A stretch of DNA of 64,000 bases from Candidatus Latescibacterota bacterium (GTDB lineage Bacteria; Latescibacterota; UBA2968; GCA-2709665), in contig CAXXJS010000049.1 in NCBI GenBank assembly GCA_963662665.2, positions 28,373 to 92,372 of the forward strand. The letters are read 5' to 3'. The notes under the pieces are model-generated. The model ran no database searches, was not told the DNA's origin, and worked only from the letters and a program-made list of their open reading frames with translations. Position 1 is the stretch's first letter. Each line of letters opens with the position of its first letter. Position numbers and translations under genes: made by a program. Below are positions 9,071-18,545 of the stretch, in pieces.

Positions 9071-11104
9071 TTAGAGCTTCCGATAGTCGATGGAACCCGA
9101 CTCCGAAACAAACGGACGCCCTCCAACTTCCAGTACGGAGCCGGCGGCGAGCAGGCCGGTGTCGACCTCGTCATCGACGGTTCGGACGTGCGCGAACTCT
9201 GCATCCGTCTGAATGTCGTTGAAAGTGACCGTATTGCCGGGTCCCGCGGTAAGTACGGTGTCGGCCGCGTTGCCCTGACCAATCCGAATGGCACAGCCAG
9301 CGGCGTTTCCGGCGGCGTCGATTTCGGGCGGGGACGTGTCCTTCCGGTAGGGGACTAATGCCACGATACAGAACAGCGGACTCCAGAACCAATCGTAGCG
9401 CAGCCGCGGATGGTCGTGGAAGACCTCTTCGCGCCAGCGGCCCGGCCAGGGTGTCGCGATCTGGACGTCGCACCGGTTTTCACGCCTGCATCCGGTAATA
9501 GTGACCCTGTCCCGTCCACAGTCCAGCCGATTGTCGGCGGCCGTATGCAACAGCCACGACAGCATCGGCCGGTCGTGCATTTCGAAATCGAGGCGGTCGA
9601 CGATAATCACGGCGGCGGGCGCGCCGCGTACATCCGGCAGGCAGAGCGTCCGCCGGACGAACCGTTGCGCGCTGACGTAACTTTCTCCCGCCTCGGACTC
9701 GATGTAGGGGAAGTCCCCCTGGATGTCCGCGCATACGATGCCGTCGTTGCCAGCCGGGCCGCGGCGTTGCATCTCGCCCATCACCAGCGGCAGATTGTGG
9801 GCTTCACCCAGCGCGCCAAGGCGCAGCACTTCGGTGGTGTCGGAAAGCCGCTCGAGGGCGTATCCCGAATCGCAGGCGAAAGTTTCTCCGAGGGCGTGCA
9901 GCGCGAAGTGGTTGCGATCGGCCTGCCGGTGTCCGCCCGCGGGGAAAACGTCGCACAGAAACGAAAGGAGGAAGTCTTCGGGCCGCCACCCGGATCGGAC
10001 GTCCACCAGCCCCCGGTTGCGAAAGTGCTTGACCCCCGGCATGTCCGGACGATCCGGCGAAACGGGCTCTACCGAGGGGTCGAAGTACAGCAGATAACGG
10101 GTGACGGTATCGCTCCAACCGTCGGCTGGCAGATGCCAGGTTTCGCCGCCGGCCGGCGGCTTATCGATGGTCTGCCAGAGCCATTGGGCGAGACCGCTGT
10201 TCTGTTGAGAAGCCAGAAGGGAAAGCCATTCGATGTGGAACCCGTCGTTGCAGTCGTTCAGCGGATTGGGCCGCCCCGTCGCGGGGATGAGTTCATACGC
10301 CAGACCCTCCGCGATGCGTTCCCATCCGGCGTGGCTCGTGAGTTCCCGGTCTCCGCAGACGGACAGCGCCAGGGCGAACGGCGCCAGGTAGTGTAACGTG
10401 GCGCTGCCGTAGGCCGGTCCTTCGTAGAATGCGCCGTCGCCGTCGTGACCCTTTTCGAGGAAGAGCAGGCAACGATTTTTTGAAAGGGTCAAAGCGTTTT
10501 TGAACCGGGACTCGTCCAGCACGCCGTAGCTGCGGAGTACGAGTCCGAGCAGGCCCAGGCCGATGAGTCCGATGGCGGCCATGTTCCAGTCGGGGCGGGT
10601 CTCCTCCGGGTCCGGCGGGTTATCGAGCGTGAAGTCGATGAACGGCAGGCAATAGGTACCGATTTCCACGCGTTCCGCGTCTGTCAGCTCGTGCCGCAAC
10701 AGGTCCAGTCCGATGGCCAGAACCATGGAACTTGCGCCGGCGTCCAGGCAATTGTCCCGCCAGGTGCTGTACGGACGCCCGTAGTTCGTGCCTCCGCAGT
10801 TCTCCACGATGCGGTGTTTCACAATCGTCCGGAGGATGTTGCAGGCCTCCGCAGCGTATTTCCCGTCGAGGAGAATGCCGCCCACGGCAAGGGTTTCTAT
10901 CGACTTGGGAAGCAGACGGCCGCCGGGTCTGGTCAGCCAGAAGTCCGCACGGCGTTCGTTATAGTCGATGTATGTGGGCGATGCCGCATCGAGATGGCCT
11001 TCGCAGGCCTTCCGGAGGTTGCCTTTCAGCGAGGCGACGATCGGACTGGCGTCAGCCCGGCGATTGGTGAGAATGCCTCGAAAAAGAGAATCAGGGATAT
11101 TCAT
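9071..11104 (-). CDS. heparinase II/III-like protein (polysaccharide lyase-type)
   Basis: WN...DGAFYEGPAYG, GLVDVRSGW, GHRQADRNHF..A.GE...DSG, AHN; alpha/alpha toroid plus beta-sandwich layout. Confidence 0.75.
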   Translation of the reverse strand: MNIPDSLFRGILTNRRADASPIVASLKGNLRKACEGHLDAASPTYIDYNERRADFWLTRPGGRLLPKSIETLAVGGILLDGKYAAEACNILRTIVKHRIVENCGGTNYGRPYSTWRDNCLDAGASSMVLAIGLDLLRHELTDAERVEIGTYCLPFIDFTLDNPPDPEETRPDWNMAAIGLIGLGLLGLVLRSYGVLDESRFKNALTLSKNRCLLFLEKGHDGDGAFYEGPAYGSATLHYLAPFALALSVCGDRELTSHAGWERIAEGLAYELIPATGRPNPLNDCNDGFHIEWLSLLASQQNSGLAQWLWQTIDKPPAGGETWHLPADGWSDTVTRYLLYFDPSVEPVSPDRPDMPGVKHFRNRGLVDVRSGWRPEDFLLSFLCDVFPAGGHRQADRNHFALHALGETFACDSGYALERLSDTTEVLRLGALGEAHNLPLVMGEMQRRGPAGNDGIVCADIQGDFPYIESEAGESYVSAQRFVRRTLCLPDVRGAPAAVIIVDRLDFEMHDRPMLSWLLHTAADNRLDCGRDRVTITGCRRENRCDVQIATPWPGRWREEVFHDHPRLRYDWFWSPLFCIVALVPYRKDTSPPEIDAAGNAAGCAIRIGQGNAADTVLTAGPGNTVTFNDIQTDAEFAHVRTVDDEVDTGLLAAGSVLEVGGRPFVSESGSIDYRKL

Positions 11105-11188
11105 GGAAGAATTCCTTCCGGGTTCGTGCGTTGTCGATCGCAAGAGACTCCGTTCGACTGTTCCGTCGGAGGACCGGTTGAGGCGGGA

Positions 11189-11953
11189 TCAGGTCGTTTC
11201 CATACCCGGCGGCATGAAGATCTCCCGCCGCCTTCCGTCGCTGTAACCCTCCACGTCGGAAAGCACCACGCCGGGGCTGGCCAGCGTCGCCCTGACGATC
11301 TGCCGGTTGAAGGTATGGACGTAGTCCGACGTCAGATATTCTTCAACGGGCATCCACAGACACTCTTCGATTTCTTCGGGCTGAAGGACGATTTCGTAAG
11401 AGAGCGGTTTGAGGCGGCAGACGAAGTAAATGTCGGATTTGTCGTGGCGGTAGCCGTGCCAGTGTCGGAAACACACCATCGCTTCAAATGACGTTTGAAC
11501 TCCCGTTTCTTCCCGGATCTCCCGGACGACGGCCTCGGCCAGATGTTCGCCGGGGTGCAGCGCGCCGCCCGGCAGCTTATAGTAGGGCCTGCTGCTTCCC
11601 CGGTGTTTTTCGCAAACAACCAGGATCTCTTCGTTTTCGCTGATCACCACTCCGCCCGCGCCTATATAGTGGGTGGCATATCCCGGGATAAACGCGTTTT
11701 CAACCAGCGGCAGGGTCATCATAAGGTAGGTATCGCCGCTGTGGTGAAATGTGAAACCTGCCTGTACGGCGACGGGTATGAATTCCGATTTCCCTATAGG
11801 AACCTCCAGCCACGCGAGCTGGTAGCCTCCCTCCGTCCAGATCTCCAGGGACATGGAGAGGCGATGGCTGAACGTTTCCACGTCTGAGGGAAGGCTTTCG
11901 TGGCTGATGACAATGCCGTTGAAGGCATTGGTGGTATGTTCGAGGACTTCCAT
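11189..11953 (-). CDS. NUDIX hydrolase (NUDT6/AtNUDT2-like with pre-Nudix N domain)
   Basis: Nudix box LPGGALHPGEHLAEAVVREIREETG; N-domain GFTFHH and IPGYATHYIGAGG; FRHWH..KSDIYFVC. Confidence 0.88.
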   Translation of the reverse strand: MEVLEHTTNAFNGIVISHESLPSDVETFSHRLSMSLEIWTEGGYQLAWLEVPIGKSEFIPVAVQAGFTFHHSGDTYLMMTLPLVENAFIPGYATHYIGAGGVVISENEEILVVCEKHRGSSRPYYKLPGGALHPGEHLAEAVVREIREETGVQTSFEAMVCFRHWHGYRHDKSDIYFVCRLKPLSYEIVLQPEEIEECLWMPVEEYLTSDYVHTFNRQIVRATLASPGVVLSDVEGYSDGRRREIFMPPGMETT

Positions 11954-12045
11954 ATCGGGATCCCCCGGTTCCTTGTCGGCGCGGACCTGAATGTAAACAG
12001 CCCGTGGCCGGTTCACAAGTGGTTTTGATACGGCGAGGTTTTGCC

Positions 12046-12074
12046 TTGACAGGGTGTAGGCCGCGGTTGATATT
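12046..12074 (+). promoter_or_regulatory. sigma70-type promoter
   Basis: TTGACA-N17-GATATT about 90 nt upstream of the SelA-like gene. Confidence 0.5.
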
Positions 12075-12164
12075 GACGGTCCTTTTTGGGTTTTCGAATG
12101 CGGGATTGTGTTCGCTCTTATATGTTATGTACGGTGTGCCGGATCAGAGGCCAGGAGGTGGTGG

Positions 12165-13364
12165 ATGAGCAGTGTTTATGAACGACTGGGTATTGGTACC
12201 ATAATCAATGCTTCCGGGCCGTCGACCCGGTTGAGCGGGTCGATCCTGCCGGTGGAGGTGGCGCAGGCCATGGCGGACGCCTCTCAACATTGCGTGGATA
12301 TCGCCGAGTTGCAGGCGTGGGCGGGCCGGGCCATTGCCGACGTCACGGGCGCCGAGTCCGGGTACGTCACGTCGGGTGCCGCGGCGGGCATCATGCTGGG
12401 CGTGGCGGCGTGCGTGACCGGGCTGGACCCGGGCAGGATGAACCGGCTGCCGGATACTCAGGGAATGAAGGACGAGGTGATTATTCCGCGAAGCCATCGG
12501 AATTTTTATGACCACGCCATCCGTGCGGTTGGCGTAAATCTCGTGGAGGTGGGGATTTCCGACAGGTACAGCGGCGCCGGGGTCCGGGATACGGAAGCGT
12601 GGGAGATTGCCGATGCGATTACCGACCGGACCGCGGCGGTCGCATATGTGATGAATGCGCGGGCGCGTCCGGATCTGACGGACGTTGTGAAAGCAGCCCA
12701 CGAGCGCGGTGTGCCGGTTGTGGTGGACGCCGCCGGGCAGCTTCCGCCCCAGTCGAACCTCCGGCGTTTTGTCGAAGCCGGAGCGGACGTGGTCTGTTTC
12801 AGCGGGGGAAAGACCATCCGAGGGCCGCAGAGTTCGGGGATTCTATGCGGCCGGCGAGATCTTGTATCGGCCGTTGCGCTTCAGCACCTGGACCAGGATG
12901 TGTTTCACGATCTCTGGAATCCGCCGCCTTCGCTGATCGACAAAGATCGGCTGCCGGGCGCGCCGCAGCACGGGCTTGGCCGGCCCTGCAAGGTAGGAAA
13001 GGAAGAGATCGTGGGCCTGATCACGGCGCTCAGGTTGTTTGTTGCCGAGGGGGACGAGGCGCGTCACGCCCGATGGGCGGCAGCGATTGAGAGCCTGGCC
13101 GAAGTCGTGAAGGGTTTACCGAACGTCCGCGTAACAACCAGCATCGACGCCGGCAGACCCATTCCCGGTTTGAACATTCAGATCGACGAGGCGGCCGCGG
13201 GCATCACGGGACTGGAACTCGCGCGGCGCCTCATCGGAGGGCAGCCCAGCATACACTGCAATACGGCGGAGGTGTATGAAGGCGTGCTGGGGTTCGGTCC
13301 CATGTGTCTGCGGGAAGGGGACGTGGAGGCGATTGGCAAGAGACTGGGTGAACTATTGGCTTGA
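12165..13364 (+). CDS. SelA-like/DgaE-family PLP-dependent enzyme
   Basis: IINASGPSTRLSGS, TSGAAAG, VVDAAG, FSGGKTIRGPQSSG (PLP Lys), GRPCKVGKEEIVG; AGGAGG RBS. Confidence 0.85.
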   Translation: MSSVYERLGIGTIINASGPSTRLSGSILPVEVAQAMADASQHCVDIAELQAWAGRAIADVTGAESGYVTSGAAAGIMLGVAACVTGLDPGRMNRLPDTQGMKDEVIIPRSHRNFYDHAIRAVGVNLVEVGISDRYSGAGVRDTEAWEIADAITDRTAAVAYVMNARARPDLTDVVKAAHERGVPVVVDAAGQLPPQSNLRRFVEAGADVVCFSGGKTIRGPQSSGILCGRRDLVSAVALQHLDQDVFHDLWNPPPSLIDKDRLPGAPQHGLGRPCKVGKEEIVGLITALRLFVAEGDEARHARWAAAIESLAEVVKGLPNVRVTTSIDAGRPIPGLNIQIDEAAAGITGLELARRLIGGQPSIHCNTAEVYEGVLGFGPMCLREGDVEAIGKRLGELLA

Positions 13365-13551
13365 AAGAAGAAAGGACAGGCAGACAGACAGGCGCGGAAT
13401 CAGAGAATGGTCCCCGGGCCTGACGCCCGAGGATGAACGCCGGCCGGCACGGATCCGGCGCGACAACATCGGCCGCGGCCGGCTTGGCCAACGTTGCAGA
13501 CCGGGTAGCCGGGGCATTGGCAGAAACAGAAAAATATCCGGAGATTCATCT

Positions 13552-14898
13552 ATGAACCTGGATTGGAATGCAGCGGGACGGGAGGCGGTGGACTGGCATT
13601 GCAGGTTGCTTCGATTCGACACCACGAATCCCCCGGGGAACGAATTGCCTTTGGTGCGGGACATTGCCGGGGCGCTGACCGGAGAGGGGCTTTCCCCCGG
13701 CATCCTGGAATCGGCGCCCGGACGCGGAAATCTGGTCGTGCGTCTCAAGGGCGACGGGTCCGAACGCCCCGTACTGCTGCTGTCGCATTTAGATGTGGTT
13801 CCGGCGGAGCCTGCGAAATGGACGCGCGACCCGTTCGGCGGTGAGGTGGACGCGGGGTACGTGTGGGGACGCGGGGCGATCGACTCCAAGCTGACGACGG
13901 CCGTCGGTCTACAGGTCGTGTTGTTGTGCAAGCGGCTGAATCTGCCACTGACGCGCGACCTTGTCCTGGTGGCCGCCGCGGACGAGGAACTCGGGGGGGT
14001 GCATGGGGTGCGGTGGCTTGCGGCCAATCATCCGGAGGTGTTCGACGCGGAATATGGGATCAACGAGGGTGGAGGCTTCGCGTTACTGATCGACGGTCGT
14101 CCGGTCTACACGTGTCAGGTGGCCGAAAAGGGTAGTGCCGAGCTGAACCTGGTCGCGCGTGGACAACCCGGGCACAGTTCCGTTCCCCATAGCGACAATT
14201 CGGTCTTTCATCTGGGAGGGGCCCTGGAGCGACTGAGCCGCGTGAAGATGCCTCATCGGATTACGCCCGGCGTGCGGGCGTTCTTCGAGGGCGCTGCCGC
14301 CGCGCAGGTCAGGGACGAAGTGGCGGATCTGCTGCTCGGGGTACTGGATCCGGATCGCTGCGATGCCTCGCTGAAGGCCATGCCCGTTGACGAGCCGACC
14401 CGGAAGATGTTCGACGCGATGGTGCGCAATACGTGCGCGCCCACCATGCTCGAGGCCGGCGTGAAGCGCAACGTGATCCCTTCGGAAGCCGTGGCTCGGC
14501 TCAGCGGCAGACCTTTACCCGGGGTGGGTGAAGACGGGTTCGTGGGGGAAGTTCGCGCTTTGGCTGGCGACGGCGTCGCTTTCGAAATGGAAAAGACCTT
14601 CAGGCCGGGTACGGAGTTCGACCATCGGACACCGTTGTTCGACGTGGTCCGGGCGGCGATCGCCCGGTTCGATCCGGATGGGGCCGTGGTCCCGTACATG
14701 CAGACGGGTGGCACGGATGCGCGGTTCCTGGGGGACCGCGACATCCACATCTATGGATTCCTGCCTATGCGGTACGAAGAGGGCGAGGCGTACTTCGACT
14801 TGTGCCATGGGCACGACGAACGGGTGTCCTTGGCGAATGTAAAGTTCGGCGTTCAAGTCCTGTTCGACGTCGTGTGCCGGTTGAACGGAATCGCATAG
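13552..14898 (+). CDS. M20/M25/M40 family metallohydrolase
   Basis: SHLDVVPA, WGRGAIDSK, ADEELGG, NEGGG, GHSS, GGTDARF, HGHDER. Confidence 0.92.
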   Translation: MNLDWNAAGREAVDWHCRLLRFDTTNPPGNELPLVRDIAGALTGEGLSPGILESAPGRGNLVVRLKGDGSERPVLLLSHLDVVPAEPAKWTRDPFGGEVDAGYVWGRGAIDSKLTTAVGLQVVLLCKRLNLPLTRDLVLVAAADEELGGVHGVRWLAANHPEVFDAEYGINEGGGFALLIDGRPVYTCQVAEKGSAELNLVARGQPGHSSVPHSDNSVFHLGGALERLSRVKMPHRITPGVRAFFEGAAAAQVRDEVADLLLGVLDPDRCDASLKAMPVDEPTRKMFDAMVRNTCAPTMLEAGVKRNVIPSEAVARLSGRPLPGVGEDGFVGEVRALAGDGVAFEMEKTFRPGTEFDHRTPLFDVVRAAIARFDPDGAVVPYMQTGGTDARFLGDRDIHIYGFLPMRYEEGEAYFDLCHGHDERVSLANVKFGVQVLFDVVCRLNGIA

Positions 14899-14904
14899 CG
14901 CCCT

Positions 14905-15068
14905 AGTGTTCTGTCCCGGAAATAAGTTGCCTGAATTCGGCCGCAGAGTCGCCCGGCTCGGAAGGCGCCAGAGCGCAGGCGACCTGGCATGGTCGGCGAG
15001 CGATGGCAACGCAGCGAGACGGGATGAATCTGCGGAAGAATGGTAAGGTATTTATGGGACAGGACACT
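14905..15068. mobile_element. MITE with IS630-like terminal inverted repeats
   Basis: Left AGTGTTCTGTCCCGGAAATA; right end reverse complement AGTGTCCTGTCCCATAAATA (17/20 match); CTAG at the left end; long internal hairpin; no transposase. Confidence 0.7.
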
Positions 15069-15960
15069 GTTCCAGAACGTGTCGAAGCGCGCCCTCAAGA
15101 CCGGGATGTTGAAAGTCGTATCCGGATTCCTGCAGCCGGGCGGGATCTACGCGGGTACTCGACAGCAGCAGAGCATCCGCCATTTCCCCGAAAGCCAGCC
15201 TGGCGGCGAAGCCAGGCATGGGGAAGAGCGTTGGACGGAAAAGGACACCCCCCAGTGTCTTGGTGAATTCCCGGTTTGTCGCCGGCGCCGGCGACACCGC
15301 ATTGACGGGGCCCTCCAGCGTTTCCGTTTTGAGCGCGTGGGCGATGATTCCCGCCAGATCGCTCAGAGAGACCCAGCTCATATACTGATCTCCGCTGCCG
15401 ATCACGCCTCCAACGCCCATCTTGAACGGGAACAGCATTTTGGCCAGCGCGCCGCCGTCTGCACTGAGCACGATGCCGATTCGCAGGTAAACAGTACGCA
15501 CGCCCGCGTCAGCCGCAGGGCGCGCGGCACTCTCCCAGGCAATGCATGTCTCCGCGAGGAAGTCGGCGCCAGGAGGGCTTTCCTCGTTGAGGACTTCGTC
15601 GCCGCGGTTGCCATAGTATCCGATCGCCGACGCGGAGATCAGAACACCGGGAGGCGTCTGCAAATCGGCAAGGCCCTGTGCCAGAAGCCGGGTACCATCT
15701 TCACGACTGCCGCGGATTCGATTTTTCTTTGCTTCGTTCCACCTGCCCGACGCGATATTCTCGCCGGCCAGGTGGACGACGGCCTGAATACCCTCCAGTT
15801 CGGCGGCGGCAAGTTCTCCCGTTTCCGGGTCCCACCGTCGTTCCAGGTCACCTTTCGGGCTCGCGCGAACGAGCCTCAATACACGGTGGCCGCTGGATTC
15901 GAGATGCGGTATGAGGGCCGAGCCGACGAGTCCGGATGAACCCGTTACGAGAACATTCAT
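15052..15960 (-). CDS. TIGR01777 family NAD-dependent epimerase/oxidoreductase (YfcH-like)
   Basis: VTGSSGLVG, HLAGENI..RW, SASAIGYYG, LRIGIVLSADGGAL, GDQYMSWVS. Confidence 0.92.
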   Translation of the reverse strand: MNVLVTGSSGLVGSALIPHLESSGHRVLRLVRASPKGDLERRWDPETGELAAAELEGIQAVVHLAGENIASGRWNEAKKNRIRGSREDGTRLLAQGLADLQTPPGVLISASAIGYYGNRGDEVLNEESPPGADFLAETCIAWESAARPAADAGVRTVYLRIGIVLSADGGALAKMLFPFKMGVGGVIGSGDQYMSWVSLSDLAGIIAHALKTETLEGPVNAVSPAPATNREFTKTLGGVLFRPTLFPMPGFAARLAFGEMADALLLSSTRVDPARLQESGYDFQHPGLEGALRHVLEQCPVP

Positions 15961-15978
15961 GGGTTGCCTCCTTGTCTG

Positions 15979-16392
15979 TTACAGCCGGTAGAGCATCAGG
16001 TAGATGATAACGCCACTGACGCACACGAACATCCAGACAGGCCACACCCAGCGGGCGAGGCGTCTGTGGGACTGAAAGTTCCCGCGCAGGGCCAGCCATA
16101 CGACTGCAAGGGCAAAAGGCGCATTCACGGCGGCCAGGACGACGTGCGGGATCAGGATGGCGAAATAGACGCTGCGGGTCCAGTCGTGGTAAGGGTAGGG
16201 TACCGACCCGATCCGGACGTGATAAACGAGATACGACGTGAGAAAGAGGGCCGAGAAGGCGAGGGCGCAGAGCATCATGCGCCTGTGTTGCCGGATGTTG
16301 CCGCGCCTGATTTGCAGATAGCCCAGCAGGAGAAAGCAGGCACTGATCGAATTGAACATTGCATTAAGGGCTGGCAGGTCGCTGACGGCCAT
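15979..16392 (-). CDS. DUF420 family membrane protein
   Basis: LPALNA, HRRMM, LFLTSYLVYH, YFAILIPH, HRRLARW..PVWMFV.VSG. Confidence 0.88.
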   Translation of the reverse strand: MAVSDLPALNAMFNSISACFLLLGYLQIRRGNIRQHRRMMLCALAFSALFLTSYLVYHVRIGSVPYPYHDWTRSVYFAILIPHVVLAAVNAPFALAVVWLALRGNFQSHRRLARWVWPVWMFVCVSGVIIYLMLYRL

Positions 16393-16583
16393 CCGAACCT
16401 CATTTCGCGTGGATCGGGCTCCGAACTGAAGTGTACTCATTTTTAAAGGCTTTGGCAACCGCATGGGATTCCAGCCGGCCGGGGATCCGGACACTGCCGA
16501 ACCGGTTGACACAGAGTTGAATTTCTACTTTTTTCGTATTCTGAGATTATCTTTAAGACGTTATAAAACAGGAGGAAAGTGGG

Positions 16584-16787
16584 ATGTCTGCAACGGGCGG
16601 ACAGTGGATGACACCCGGAGAAATCGAGCAGGCTCTGGGGCGCAGAAAATCCAGGGAGGTATTTGAAGACCTGATATATGACCGGCGCACCAGGCGGGAG
16701 ATACTTGATCTACTGATAGAAGCCACAGCCTGCAACGAATTTTCGGCGGAAGACTTCCTCCGGGAAATTGTGAAGACAAAGCAGTGA
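16584..16787 (+). CDS. small hypothetical protein (67 aa)
   Basis: AGGAGG RBS; helical, charged sequence; fills the gap upstream of nadB on the same strand. Confidence 0.65.
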   Translation: MSATGGQWMTPGEIEQALGRRKSREVFEDLIYDRRTRREILDLLIEATACNEFSAEDFLREIVKTKQ

Positions 16788-16835
16788 AACGTCCCGCCGT
16801 CGGGGCGCCTGCACCACGAGAGGGGTAGACCGATC

Positions 16836-18491
16836 ATGTCCGACGTCTGGGAAACCGACTATCTGGTCATCGGCAGCGGAATCGCAGGTCTGTCCTTTGC
16901 GCTCAGGGCAGCAGAGTCCGCCTCCGTCACCGTGATTACCAAGAAGGAGTCCCAGGAGTCGAATACCAACTATGCCCAGGGCGGCATTGCCGCCGTCTTC
17001 GATTCGGACGACTCCTTCGGCCAACATGCGGAGGACACGCTCTCCGCCGGGGCCGGGCTCTGCGGCCGGGATGTGGTGGACCTCGTGATTGGACAGGGTC
17101 CGCGGATGGTCCGGGAACTGATGGCCTGGGGCGCCGCGTTTACCAGGGAGCGGGACGGCCGCCGCCTGGCGCTAGGGAGGGAAGGAGGGCATACCAGAAA
17201 CCGGATTGTCCACGCGGCGGATCTCACAGGAAAGGAAATCGAAAGGGCGCTTACGGAGGCGATAGAATCCCATCCCGCCATAACGCGGTTCGAACACCAT
17301 ATGGCCGTCGACCTGATTACGGAACACCATCTTTTCGGCGCCAAGACGGAACCGCAGGGACGGATCCATTGCTGGGGAGCATACGTTCTGGATGCCGCTT
17401 CGGGCCGGGTCCGGCGATTTCTGGCCCGGGTAACGCTTCTGTGTTCCGGCGGGGCCGGGCAAATCTACACACACACGACCAACCCGGGCATCGCCACCGG
17501 CGACGGGATCGCCATGGCCTACCGGGCGGGGGCGCCAATAGCCAATCTGGAGTTTATGCAGTTTCACCCTACCACGCTCTACCATGCGGAGGGAGACTCA
17601 TTTCTGATTTCCGAGGCGGTACGCGGCCACGGGGGCGTCCTGATCGATCGGAACGGACATCCGTTCATGGACGCATATCACCGTATGGGAGCGCTCGCGC
17701 CGCGTGACATCGTCGCCAGAGCGATCGACAGCGAACTGAAGAAGAGCGGCGCACCCTGCGTATATCTCGACGTCACCCACGTGCCCGCCTCCGAGATTCA
17801 GGAGCGTTTCCCCGGCATCCACCGGCGGTGCCTCGAGCTCAAAATCGATATCACCCGACAGCCCATCCCGGTTGTGCCCGCCGCTCACTACATGTGTGGA
17901 GGCGTGTCGACGGACCTGTGGGGCCGCACGGAAATCGAAGGGCTCTATGCCTCCGGGGAGGTGGCGCACACGGGCCTGCACGGCGCGAATCGTCTGGCGA
18001 GCAATTCACTTCTCGAAGCACTCGTGTTTTCGGACCGCGTCCATCAGCACGCGTCCCGGCGCCTGGACATAGCAGCCGGGTTTCCCGACGTGCCGGACTG
18101 GCGGGAAGACGACGTGTTCAACACCGAAGAGTGGGTACTGCTGGCCCACGACCGGGTGGAGGTTCAGCGGTTGATGTGGGACTATGTCGGCATCGTGCGT
18201 TCCGACTTCCGGCTCAAACGCGCGGCGAGGCGAATTGGCGTCATTGCCCGGGAGGTCGAGGAGTTTTACAAGCGGACCAGGGTTACTGAAGCGCTCCTTG
18301 AGTTGAGAAATATCACGACGGTGGCCGCGCTCGCGGTTCGATGCGCACTGAAACGGCGCGAGAGCCGGGGGCTCCATTATAACGTGGACTGCCCCGAGGA
18401 CGGCTCGGCTGCCGGGGAGGATACGGTCCTGTCGGTCCGCGAGACCTGGCAATCATCCGAAGTTGACTGGCAGGCGGCCCTGGAAATCTAA
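16836..18491 (+). CDS. nadB: L-aspartate oxidase
   Basis: IGSGIAG, SNTNYAQGGIA, REGGH.RNRIVHAADLTG, QFHPT, LAPRDIVARAI, PAAHY.CGG, GLHGANRLASNSLLEA, RESRGLHY. Confidence 0.96.
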   Translation: MSDVWETDYLVIGSGIAGLSFALRAAESASVTVITKKESQESNTNYAQGGIAAVFDSDDSFGQHAEDTLSAGAGLCGRDVVDLVIGQGPRMVRELMAWGAAFTRERDGRRLALGREGGHTRNRIVHAADLTGKEIERALTEAIESHPAITRFEHHMAVDLITEHHLFGAKTEPQGRIHCWGAYVLDAASGRVRRFLARVTLLCSGGAGQIYTHTTNPGIATGDGIAMAYRAGAPIANLEFMQFHPTTLYHAEGDSFLISEAVRGHGGVLIDRNGHPFMDAYHRMGALAPRDIVARAIDSELKKSGAPCVYLDVTHVPASEIQERFPGIHRRCLELKIDITRQPIPVVPAAHYMCGGVSTDLWGRTEIEGLYASGEVAHTGLHGANRLASNSLLEALVFSDRVHQHASRRLDIAAGFPDVPDWREDDVFNTEEWVLLAHDRVEVQRLMWDYVGIVRSDFRLKRAARRIGVIAREVEEFYKRTRVTEALLELRNITTVAALAVRCALKRRESRGLHYNVDCPEDGSAAGEDTVLSVRETWQSSEVDWQAALEI

Positions 18492-18545
18492 GTTGATGTT
18501 TCAGGATACCTGATGGATCCCGAGCGCGAGCCCGGGGGAGCTTAT

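Noticed and set aside
12165-13364. selA (selenocysteine synthase) call and a selenium theme with the nearby SBP56
   Set aside because: The sequence fits the shorter SelA-like/DgaE group; no selB, selC or selD is in the window, and SBP56 is not a selenoprotein.
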